Source: Azolla caroliniana
Lineage: Eukaryota > Plantae > Polypodiophyta
DNA: 64,000 bases
Direction: 5' to 3'
NCBI GenBank assembly: GCA_043228905.1
Contig: JBHGNT010000015.1
Coordinates: 15,128,001 to 15,192,000 of the forward strand
Under the pieces are notes generated by a model that saw only the letters and a program-made list of their open reading frames with translations, was not told the origin of the DNA and did no database searches. Positions 29,801 through 38,224 of the stretch are shown here, piece after piece. The stretch's first letter is position 1. Each line of letters opens with the position of its first letter. A program made the position numbers and the translations under genes.

Positions 29801-32638
29801 TCCGGCCCAATTTAGTGTTGTATTCGAAGAAATGGCGGAGTTTGCTGTCATGTTTCCACCTCAAATCGCCTGGGATATTTAAGAATATGACATTGGCTCT
29901 CTTTCCAACATGTATTCATCTCTCTATATAAATACCCTACATTTATTCTTAGGTTTCACACATGTGGGCTACATATCAAGCCCTTACCATTTGTCATATT
30001 AATAGTAGCATAGTTCTCACATCATCCCCCCGTTGATCAAGTCTTTTCATTCTCGAAAACAAATACGAGAAATATTTATGAAGCATGGTTTCTTCTTTCC
30101 TACTTGTCAACTCTACCACATCTCATCACTTGACTAGGAGCAATTGAGGAATCAATATCATATTGATTTTGTTTTTCTTCCAAGTCCAAAATATGTTTTG
30201 ACTCATACATTAATGTATTTGACAAATCTAGAAACATATCACGACATCTAATACTTCTTTACCAAGAGAAACTAGGGCTAATGGTTTGGAACTCCTGGCT
30301 AATGGCTAACATGAGAAACAAGAAGAATCTTGTTAGAGGAAGGTAAATGTGACTTGGATGCCATCTCCCTAATTCATTTTAGAATTACAAATGGACCAAA
30401 ATATTGTGTTCACAACTCAGGAAGTTTGTGTTTGAGAAATCTAAAGAATTTTAAGATATTCAATGTTAACTTTCGTTTAAGGTAACAACCTTATGCTTCT
30501 CAACATAATACTTTTTAAACCGATCTTGAAGTTGTTGTATATTGTTACACACATAGTATGAAGCATACGTACCATTCATGCATTTGCATTTGCGAACATT
30601 CTTATCATTCGCATATGACAAAACACCCTCAAAGTATTGTAAATACCATACTTTTGCACTCATTATTTATTATAAGGTAATTTTTTTTAGGGTAAGAAAG
30701 TTACGGTAAGTTAAGGTAAAAAGTGTAATAAAAAAACATAAGAATGTTTTAATAACATATGCATTCGTTTTCGACGTATGAAAACGAATGTTTGGGCGAA
30801 TGAAGGCGGATATTACGTACTATGGTTACACACAAAATCCAACATATGTTAATGATCTAAATGAATTCCTAAGTAACATAATAAGTTTTCCTTATCCAAT
30901 CCAATCATAGTATAGTCAAAGTTGAGAACCTTGTGGAAAAATGCATGCTTTGTTGTATTGAGTGATGAAGTTATGTTAAGCTCTTTTAACACCCAAGTAA
31001 AAACATTGTAAAACTCTAATTGCAATTTATGATACAATTAGTCTAGGAAACCTATACAAATAAGGGAGTTTATTCATCCACAAAAACACTAACTTGGTAT
31101 AGTAAAGTATTTTTTGTGGCAATAAACCTATTTATTTTTGTAAGTGTATCCACTAATGCCCAAATAAGGTCAAGCCTCTATAGGTTGTTTGTGGTTTGCC
31201 AACAAGATGCATCGAAATATAACTTCTCAACATTGGGAATTTGTAATGGTTGTAACAAACCTCCTAGCCATTTACACTAAACTTTATTATTAGCTCTATT
31301 ATTGGCATTGTTTCCCTTGAAGAGAGAATCCATTGTGTTTCAAAATATAGGACGGGAAAACGAAGTTTTATTTTAGCTAATATTTTATGCTTATATTTCC
31401 ATCAACCATATTTGTGGTTCATGACTGTATTTATAGCTTAGTATTGCTAATTTCTATTTATTAAATTTTGAGTTCCCTTAATTAGTTTCTAAATGTCATT
31501 TGCAAATAAGAGGCAATGTCATAGTAGAAGGTTAATCCTAATTTCTCTTGCTTTAGTAGATTCCATTATTGTCTAATTAATTAGTTTGCAACAAGACAAT
31601 GCATCAAATTGTGTTTTGCATGTATTATATTCCTTTGTTCCTTTATCCCTAAATCTTTAAGATTTTTCTTCTTATTTTGAGATGCATGATTTGTAGGAAA
31701 TGGCCGTGAGTGCATCTCCAAGCTTTAGTGGTTCGCCAATGACAGTAGGATCTCCTCTCTTCATGGGCTCTCCTTTATTTATTGGGTCACCATTGTTCAC
31801 AGGTTCACCATTATATGGGAGTAGTAGTGCACCATCACCAAGCAACGCCAAACCTAAGAAGTCTAGAAATAGGAAGAATGTTTATTTTTATTGGGTGACA
31901 CGAGAACAAAGCTCATTCCAATGGTTTAAAGAAGTCATGAATGAGGTGGCTGAGTATGATCAAAAGGTAGAGTCTCTCTCTCTCTCAATGTAGTTTTTTT
32001 GGTCTCATAGGTCATATTTGACCTCCAAAGACGATAATATAATCTATCTATCTATCTCAAGGCCAAGTTATCTATAAAGATAATTTTAAGTGACTTACAA
32101 TATATAAATCCATGTGTATGTTGGCATCTATCTAGTTCAGGCTATAATCGAGATGCATAATCATTTGACAAGTATGTATGAGGAAGGGGACGCAAGATCT
32201 GCCCTCATCACAATGGTCCAAGCCTTGCATCAAGCAAGGAATGGCATGGACATGGTTTCTGGGACAAGAGTAAACATCTCCATACCCCTCACTCTATACA
32301 CAAATATGTATGTTGAGTATCCCCTATTTAATGTAAGGTCTTGTGCTCATTAGAATCATTGGTTTATTGTATTTAGGTGAAGACCCATTTTGCTCGACCT
32401 AATTGGAGGAAGGTCTTTGCACGACTAGCTGCAAGGCATCCTTTAGAGACTATTGGTAGACACATGTATTTTTTATTACCAAGACCATACCCATAATTTA
32501 GTTTAACTTATCACTTGTTGTGTTGTAGGTGTGTTTTACTGTGGACCTGCACGCCTTACAAAGGAGTTGGAGTCATTGTCACAAAAATTCACAGAAAAAA
32601 CTAAAACCAAATTTGACTTCCACAAAGAGAATTATTAA
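3230..32638 (+). CDS. RBOH: Respiratory burst oxidase homolog (plant NADPH oxidase), 15 coding exons, about 1030 aa, apparently intact
   Basis: Exons read by eye, all introns GT..AG with consistent phases: 3230-4076, 6366-6531, 6610-6658, 6780-6893, 24583-24996, 25540-25926, 26809-26904, 27264-27379, 27526-27628, 27707-27750, 27840-28008, 31697-31966, 32141-32269, 32377-32455, 32529-32638 (3093 nt). Motifs: FGECIGM..EFAVEL, EF-hands [15 protein letters not shown] and [11 protein letters not shown], heme-His helices NLHK..LHGGVH and WYSHH..IIH, FAD site EWHPFTITS, NADPH motifs [34 protein letters not shown]-terminal FHKENY. Confidence 0.96.
4095..4560. repeat. Compound (ACT)n/(AGT)n/(TTC)n microsatellites within an imperfect duplicated segment of about 225 bp in RBOH intron 1
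   Basis: ataaaaatcttctctatcttcctc at about 4162 and 4370; tattaaaaca...caaccct repeated at about 4302 and 4529. Confidence 0.7.
5447..5509. repeat. (AG)n microsatellite
   Basis: About 30 AG units. Confidence 0.9.
6366..6531 (+). CDS. RBOH: RBOH exon 2
   Basis: tgcag|GA; [16 protein letters not shown]...QIFFD; GT at 6532. Confidence 0.93.
6610..6658 (+). CDS. RBOH: RBOH exon 3 (EF-hand 1)
   Basis: [16 protein letters not shown] between AG and GT. Confidence 0.92.
6780..6893 (+). CDS. RBOH: RBOH exon 4 (EF-hand 2)
   Basis: [11 protein letters not shown]...[19 protein letters not shown]. Confidence 0.93.
8717..11090 (-). mobile_element. 5'-truncated, decayed L1-clade LINE (end of RT, zf-RVT region, 3' end with A tail)
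   Basis: Frameshifted ORFs: [22 protein letters not shown]...KVAW...PKSRGGLG; CVAC..ESIRH..WDC; T-tract at about 8718-8725 on the + strand. Confidence 0.85.
8801..9300. repeat. Near-perfect 250-bp tandem duplication at the L1 3' end
   Basis: acgattggtccatc starts at 8801 and at 9051; the ORF track shows near-identical peptides at 8805 and 9055. Confidence 0.9.
12340..12631 (-). repeat. 3' LTR of the intronic Copia
   Basis: Direct repeat of 17415-17706; PPT adjacent. Confidence 0.95.
12825..16841 (-). CDS. Copia gag-pol polyprotein (Gag, zinc knuckle, protease, integrase, RT, RNase H), 1338 aa
   Basis: [14 protein letters not shown]; WLLDSGAS; WHRRLGH..CEHC; HSDVCGP..TDNGGEF..NGIAER; YVDDML; YTDSDFAG; integrase precedes RT (Copia order). 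Confidence 0.97.
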   Translation of the reverse strand: MMASTSGSSEMSLRKFDGSNFNFWKEQMQDYLIVKGQIDPIENEEPPEGYKPTEWQKLDRIVRATIRMHLSESVYFTVQSCTTAFELWKTLSDTYEKKVAATKMFLIRRLYNLRMKESDSVQAHLNEYESISSQISSQGTAIEDELRAMILMSSLPSSWETFVTTVCNASTTAVKYSEVTSAILTEAARRKSFAKDSTDDAYVVQGSTDRSNIRGRDSSRPPNNQRRRSQSRDNRICNYCKKPGHIKADCRALKNKNNKKSGRHEEINYVSFSADVLPDDPNILSIENPVGSEVLLTTEESSTWLLDSGASFHVTPHRSQFRQYTIRHSDSVRVGNSQHCDIIGIGTVELNLAGGSTLVLHNVRHVPELSRPLISVGQLDEDGIRAGFSSGGWTLHRGNLLLARGPKIHSLYPLHVTLREGNLFLVDIPVSSLWHRRLGHLSKAGITHLSRAGYIPKLSFSDHQFCEHCQYGKQAAASHPTSAPRETRPLDLVHSDVCGPMPHQSLGGASYFVTFIDDSTRKVWAYPIRTKDRVFSIFTDWLAMVENQTDRKLKCLRTDNGGEFKSEEFVKFCRQRGIRREFTAPHSPEQNGIAERMNRTIQERIVSMLQHSGLSDGFWAEALLTAVHIINMSPSRPLGLQIPQELWIGSKPNYDKLRIFGCEAYALIPKDDRRKLAPRSRKCIFLGYGSDGEMGYRLWDPERRQIVRSSDVVFNESAMNPSVEKPIEVRRVTFSDVPTLQEGPALNTRSASRVAEPYTTDSDNSDSAQPNVSVSDHPTSIPDATSPIIPRRSERLSQPPERYSPGIFFTDAGEPTSYEEASTSVDSATWHLAMESEMHSIRANKTWDLVELPRNRRALPCKWVYRLKETSDSTTPKYKARLVAKGFRQEYGVDFDEIFSPVVKMTTLRFLLGVVAADNLELIQLDVKTAFLHGDLEEEIYMEQPKGFVAPGQEHLVCRLRKSLYGLKQAPRQWYKKFDDFIQSIGFSKSDEDHCLFTNTAQDGSPIFLIIYVDDMLISGRHSGELADLVRQLRLKFAMKDLGPARHILGMKISRHRDQRHLFLSQTDYIGRVLERFNMQSAKSASTPLPMNLRLSQRDCPTSGPEGEDMKSVPYAPAVGSLMYLMVATRPDISHAVGVVSRFMHNPGRSHWNAVKHVFRYLAGTKDHGILFGSNRTSGVVGYTDSDFAGCIDSRKSTTGYCFKFGNGAISWKSKLQECTATSTTEAEYVAAFDAAKEALWLGRLAHTFRQVDHDSAPVVYSDSQGAVALSKNPVHHNASKNIDVRYHFVRDCVISGKIGLEKISTTDNVADGMTKCLSADRFRSLRHQMGVTTNQSG
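17415..17706 (-). repeat. 5' LTR of the intronic Copia
   Basis: Adjacent to the iMet PBS. Confidence 0.95.
19895..21100 (-). mobile_element. Decayed Ty3/Gypsy integrase fragment with putative PPT; boundaries approximate
   Basis: [15 protein letters not shown]; [34 protein letters not shown]; purine tract on the minus strand at about 19896-19908. Confidence 0.7.
22193..23099 (-). mobile_element. 5'-truncated L1 LINE, family B copy 1 (zf-RVT region and 3' end)
   Basis: [32 protein letters not shown]; homologous to 28791-29905. Confidence 0.85.
23479..23547 (-). mobile_element. tRNA-derived SINE head or tRNA pseudogene
   Basis: Minus strand GGATGTAGCTCAGTTGGTGAG...GGTCATGGGTTCAACCCC contains an A box (TAGCTCAGTTGG) and a B box (GGTTCAACCCC); I could not fold a clean anticodon arm or acceptor stem. 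Confidence 0.6.
23598..24201 (-). mobile_element. Solo LTR (Copia-like)
   Basis: TG...CA ends; TSD CAATG at 23593-23597 and 24202-24206; shares motifs (ccacaaccggtt, ctatttacaaatatagccc) with the solo LTR at 34639-35351. Confidence 0.85.
24583..24996 (+). CDS. RBOH: RBOH exon 5 (start of transmembrane ferric-reductase domain)
   Basis: LTQLEALF...[25 protein letters not shown]...[10 protein letters not shown]. Confidence 0.93.
25540..25926 (+). CDS. RBOH: RBOH exon 6
   Basis: [12 protein letters not shown]...[13 protein letters not shown]. Confidence 0.94.
26809..26904 (+). CDS. RBOH: RBOH exon 7
   Basis: [19 protein letters not shown]. Confidence 0.92.
27264..27379 (+). CDS. RBOH: RBOH exon 8
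   Basis: [37 protein letters not shown]. Confidence 0.92.
27526..27628 (+). CDS. RBOH: RBOH exon 9 (FAD-binding)
   Basis: [25 protein letters not shown]. Confidence 0.93.
27707..27750 (+). CDS. RBOH: RBOH exon 10 (44-bp micro-exon)
   Basis: tttcag|ACA...AAAAG|gt; restores phase between exons 9 and 11; poorly conserved linker. Confidence 0.75.
27840..28008 (+). CDS. RBOH: RBOH exon 11 (NADPH-binding)
   Basis: [31 protein letters not shown]. Confidence 0.94.
28791..29905 (-). mobile_element. 5'-truncated L1 LINE, family B copy 2, in RBOH intron 11
   Basis: T-tract at 28791-28799; [24 protein letters not shown]; aligns with 22193-23099. Confidence 0.85.
31697..31966 (+). CDS. RBOH: RBOH exon 12
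   Basis: Ser-Pro repeat loop followed by [24 protein letters not shown]. Confidence 0.92.
32141..32269 (+). CDS. RBOH: RBOH exon 13
   Basis: [31 protein letters not shown]. Confidence 0.93.
32377..32455 (+). CDS. RBOH: RBOH exon 14
   Basis: [14 protein letters not shown]. Confidence 0.93.
32529..32638 (+). CDS. RBOH: RBOH exon 15 (last)
   Basis: GVFYCGP...KFDFHKENY then TAA. Confidence 0.93.
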
Positions 32639-33344
32639 TTTTTGTTATGCGTATATAATGAGATAACAAGCATAAAATTTATTGCAATTCTCAAACACAA
32701 TTCAAAGCCATGAATTTAGTGTGTTTCAAATGAAATCATCATTGAATATCAATAGAATAAGTTATAACTATAGATGTTATATATGTACATAGTGTCCTAG
32801 AATCTACATAACCAATTTATACAATTGATGTAAACAACAATCAATTATTCAAGGAATAAAAACTTCAAAAATGTAATTTGTTTTTTACAAATATCTCTAA
32901 CTTGGGTCAAACTCGTACAAATATAGTTACCTTCTTAAAATATTATTAGGTGAAAATTAAGAGACCCAAACATAAACAACTTGAGGTCGAGAGTCGGGAC
33001 ACGCAAGAGCTTAAATATAGATAATAAAGCTTAGTATGAAATCAAGGATTCATGACACAAAGTGAAATAAATGGCATCATTCGCACACAAAGGAAATGTT
33101 TCCTTTATACATTACATTTTACACATCCCTATACACAATTCATTATTCAATTGTAAGGTTACCACTTACCTTATTGAAAGTTGAAAGTTCAAACATATAC
33201 ATTGAAATTGTGTAGCAATGAAGCTTGTGCATTAGCTCAAGTTGAGATTATGCATTTCTATCTTATGGAAAGGTTTGTTGTTACCTTCATTATAGAGTTG
33301 TTCGTAATTGTAGTTTGAAATTACGAAAATTGGTTGTTTGCCCT

Positions 33345-34181
33345 TGGAAAATTTGTTTTGCATCATTTGAATTAAAACAAATGGATGTCAAGTTTATAAA
33401 GGAAGAAGGCGTTGAAGAAGTTTCTATTGAGAATGTAGTCATCATTCTTTTGTTGTTTGCAAATGATGTAGTGCTTTTGCAAATACTTTAGGAGATGCAC
33501 AAACTTATGAGGGGATTGGAAGAATTCCACATGCATACTAAATTGTGTCAACAACTCTAAAACAAAGATTACGCTTGTGAAGAGACAAGAAAAAGATAAA
33601 CCATGCATATGTACAATCATGAGCGATGTGAATGTGTGGAAAGCTTCAAATACCTGGCCTTGAAGTTCCGTCAAATCATAGATGGAATGAATGTTCTATC
33701 ATTGCGTAAAGACAAGAAAGAGAGAATCTTGTTCATTTGAGAACACTGCAATGATAGATACATTAAGTGTTGGGTCCTCAAGAAATACCTTTTTGACACT
33801 TTGGTGACACATGTGCTTCTCTATGGGGAGGTAACATCCCTAAATCTACTTGAAATCGTGTAGCAATGAAGCTTGTGCATTAGCTTTTGTGTGTCTTTTG
33901 GATCTTCTTACATCTTACAGCTTTTGTGTGTCCAAAAGCATTTTCTTACAAAGTTTCTCCAAGTCAAGAAACAAATATCATACACCCCCCTACTTCTTAA
34001 GACATGATCACTTCTCATGGAGATCACAACCATGAAAAGGGTTGTTAAATAAATGCTTAAGATTCAAAAACATCCATCACATCCACTTCCTAGAACTGCA
34101 TGGGAAAGATGTAAGAAGATCCAAAAGACACACAAAAGCAAATTTGTGTGTTCCTATTGGATGCAAGATATGGAAAAATGG
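33345..34181 (+). pseudogene. Decayed RTE-group LINE RT 3' fragment (host of nest 1; resumes at about 50313-50760)
   Basis: 33400-34100 is visibly homologous to the RT region at 54000-54150 plus 63492-64000; many frameshifts. Confidence 0.75.
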
Positions 34182-34638
34182 TAGTCTTATGTACGCCATG
34201 GTGGCTACTAGACCAAACATTGCATTTGCACTTGGAGCGGTAAGTCGATTCATGTCAAATCCTGGTAAGAAACATTTGGGGGGGGGGGGGGGGGGGGAGG
34301 GAGAGAATCTTCTCTGCTGAAAAGAAGTAATGGAGAACTATTCCCGCCCTCATCTCTGTGTGTTTTGCTTTCTCAAAGTTTCTCCTCTTCATTTTTTTGT
34401 CTTTGCATTTAGACCCTTGAGAATAACTGTGTTTCTCGGCTCCACCAACCAACAACAATGGTATTAGAGCATTGGGAGACCGCAATAGGGAGTCTGGGAG
34501 ATTGTAGCAACGAGTATTGGAGAATGGGGCCGCATGGCAAAAGCATTGATCTACTATTGGGCCTTTTCAGCATTTCTTTCTCTTTCAACAGGAAGAAAAC
34601 AACTTGCTATCCACAGGTATTCCTTTGATTCAAACTCT

Positions 34639-35351
34639 TGTTGTAAATGAGGCTGACCACAACCGGTTCACAAGTACAAATGAGAGAAGACAACAACCAA
34701 AACAACACAAGATTAACAGACAAGGCATAGACAATGAGACAAGATATTATGGTGGAAAACCCGGAAAGGGAAAATCCACGGGAGCCCACAGACTCTAAAC
34801 ATAATCACTATATGAAGAAAGTACCAGAAACTATAAGGCAATGCCTTGAGCTCGGCTTCGTCTTACAGATGGTTACAACACACAAACACACACACACACA
34901 CACACACACACTCTCTCTCTCTCTCTCTCTACACACTTAATCAACTCTATACATTCATTTGATTACCCACTGATAATCCAACTTCATCATATTATCAATT
35001 TTGCCCTAGCTATATTTATACCCATATACATATATCACTATTTACAAATATAGCCCACAATAGGCACATTAAGGCTATTTACAAATATAGCCCCAAGTCA
35101 GTTATCAGTTGATTGTCGGCCTTAGCCGAATTGGCAATCGGTCGATTTTCGGCCTCGATCGAGTTTGTTATTGACTGATTCGGCTTATCTCTCCCTAGTC
35201 AATGCTTAGTTGGCTCTTGACAATCTGACTCCTCGCGCAATATCTGAATTTCGATTTGGACAAGCTGACTATCATCTGGCTCTTCATTCGATCGGTTTCA
35301 TGTTGATCTAGCTGGCTCTCCATCCCATTTAGAGGAACTGAATTCTCAACA
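34639..35351 (-). mobile_element. Solo LTR inserted in the 5' UTR of the decayed Copia
   Basis: TG...CA ends; TSD ACTCT at 34634-34638 and 35352-35356; related to 23598-24201. Confidence 0.85.
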
Positions 35352-38224
35352 ACTCTCACACTTGTTCAACATATTTTTCAGCGGAAATAAGTTGTGGAGT
35401 CAGCCTATTTCGGTAGAGGGTTGGAATCAGTGTGGAGGCATAGCAGATGCCTACAACTTCTCACTTTAGAAATATAAGTGGTAGTTGATATTTGGAAGGT
35501 GTATGCATAATGGTGCGTGTTATATACACTCATTGGTATGAATTTGAGATTTTTGGGCAATAAGTTTGTTAGTTGTTTGCTTCAGATATTCAGTCGAGAA
35601 GTTCTTGTATTCAGTTGTTGGATATTGTTGTTCACTCCCATGGAGTCAGAAACATTGGATATATCTAGTAGCCCTTTTGTTGGTCGTAATAGTTCATGTA
35701 TGAACTATTCGTTTTTTGGAAAAGATCATATTGAGATCTACAAATTTGATGGAACTAATTTTGCTTTGTGGAAGAATCAGATGCATGATGCACTACTTCA
35801 AAGAAGGCAAACGAGGCCTCTTGGCGGCAAAGCAAAGAAACCTGATGACATGGACGATGATGATTGGGAGGAACTTGACGCTTTGACCATGTCTACAATA
35901 ATACTACACTTGGCATATAGTGTCTATTTCCCTGTTTTAGATAGTAAAAATTCCAAAGAACTTTGGCAAAAATTATGCAATACATATGAGAAGGAAACTG
36001 CAACAAACAAAGTGTTTTTTTTATTAGAAAGCTCCATGACCTTTGCATGAAGGAAACCGATAGTGTTGCAAGCTTCTCATCTAAATGAGTTTGATGCATT
36101 ATGGTCTTAGTTGCAAGCTCAAAAGATGACCATGGATGATGAGTTTTTTGTTATGCACGTTGTTTGCCTCATGGGACACTTTTTGTACTGCCATCAATAA
36201 TAATGCACCAAAAGGCAAATTGGTGTATACTGATATTTGTGGAGCCTTGCTAAGTGAGGAAATTCGTAGGAAATTTATGGTTACCTCACAAGTTGGAGAG
36301 GCATATAATGTACGAGATTCTAGTTATGGCAAGAACCAACAATGTGGTAGAAGCCAAACTAGAAACACCATGCAAATGATAAGAACAGAAACAAATCTAG
36401 AAAGAGACTAGTGGAATGTTGTTATTGTCACGAGAAGAGTCATGTGAAAAAGGATTGTTATGCCTTGAAGAACAAAGGAAGAGAAAAGGAAAAGGGTAAA
36501 ACCCATGGTGATGGGCATGTTATGTAGGTGATCGGTTCATCATCTTCAGTGAAAATAGAGGAAATAAATGCTACATGTGATGATGATGTTGACATTTTGG
36601 TCATGGATGATGATGCTACTTATGTTGAGGTTAATATGGCTCCCTCACTTGCTCATACATGGATGTTGGACTCTAGTGATTCATTTCATGTCACCCCACA
36701 TAGAGAGTGGTTCACACAATATGAATCTAAACCACTTGGTAGAGTCCGGCTTGGAGATTCACATCAGTGCAATGTGGTTGGCATTGGTGATGTTATGGTA
36801 CAATTTTCTTATGGTTCTCAGTTTATTGTACAAAATGTTCGCCATGTGCTTGAGCTAACTCGTAGCTTGATATTTGTTGGACAACTTGATGACATTGGAT
36901 ATAAAGTGATATTTGCTTCCCAATCCTTTTGTATTACAAAAGGAAATATGGTTATTGCCAAAGGGAACGAAGTTGGTTCACTTTATCCCTAGTTGTCCAT
37001 CAAAAAGAATATCTTTTGGCAGTCACAGAACAACCCATGACTTGTATTTGGCATGGTCGTTTAGGCCATATGTCTTGTAGTGGAATGGAAACTCTATCTC
37101 GTTTTGGATACTTACCCATGTTATCAGTTTCTAATTTTTCAGTTTGTGAGCATTGTCAATATGGCAAACAAACAAGTGTGTAACATCAAATTCATTCTAA
37201 TTCTTCTACTGAACCTTGGATCTAGTTCATACAAATATGTGTGGCCCTATGCCTACTAGATCATTGGGTGGAGCTTTGTATTTTGTTACATTTATTGATG
37301 ATGCCACAAGAAAAGTGTGGGTGTAGCCCATAAAGGGAAAGGGTGATGTATACTCCACATTTAGAAAATGGCTTGCCTCGGTTGAGACTGAAAAGGTAAT
37401 AAAGCTTAAGGCTTTACGTTCTGATAATGGAGGTGAATATACCTCTAATGAGTTCAGGATTTTTTGCGAGTCTAGAGTCATTCATAGAGAGTACACTGTC
37501 CCCTACACTCCTGTACAAAATGGTGTAGCAGAAAGGATTAATAGAACCATCCAAGATAGAGTTGTTTCTATGTTGCATCATGCAAACCGTCCACAAGGTT
37601 TTTGGGCAGAAGCAGTTCAGATTGTTGTTCATGTGATTAATCGATCACCTAGGACTGCCAAAGGCTTGAAAGTGGAACAAGAGCTATGGACTACAAAAAC
37701 CCCTCACTATGATAATCTTAGAGTGTTTTGATGTGAAGCATATGGGTAAAAGCATGCGAGTGGAAACACTATTATAGCTAATTAGCTACTAAAATGGCCA
37801 TAGCTAATTAGCTATTTGTTTAGCTAGTCTTTTTTGTGGGAAAATCAAATATTTGAAAAACTAATTTATGAAAAAACTCAAATATTTGAACTTCTGTTTC
37901 AGACGTGTAGTGGAACTTGGGGAATATCACCATCATCTAAGGTCGACTTCAATGTCATCAATTTCCTGTTTAGCCTAAGTCTGATTTTGAACGCAGATGG
38001 AGTACTCAGAGCACGAACGCAGACGTAGCTCCCGCAACAGCAAAAAATCGACATTGCAGATTGAGAGCTACAACACAGAACCCGCTCGATCATCGTCCAG
38101 GTATGTTTCAGTTACAGAAACCCCAAACATTTGTTTTTTCTTTTTGACTACTGTCTGAACTTTGGTGCCGATTCATATTTCCCCAAAATCGAATAGGGCG
38201 AAGTCCTTGGAGTCCCATACAAGG

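Noticed and set aside
34277-34301. Long poly-G run as a G-quadruplex element or PPT
   Set aside because: The sister repeat at about 50149 has only GGGGAGGG, so this is homopolymer expansion or sequencing slippage.
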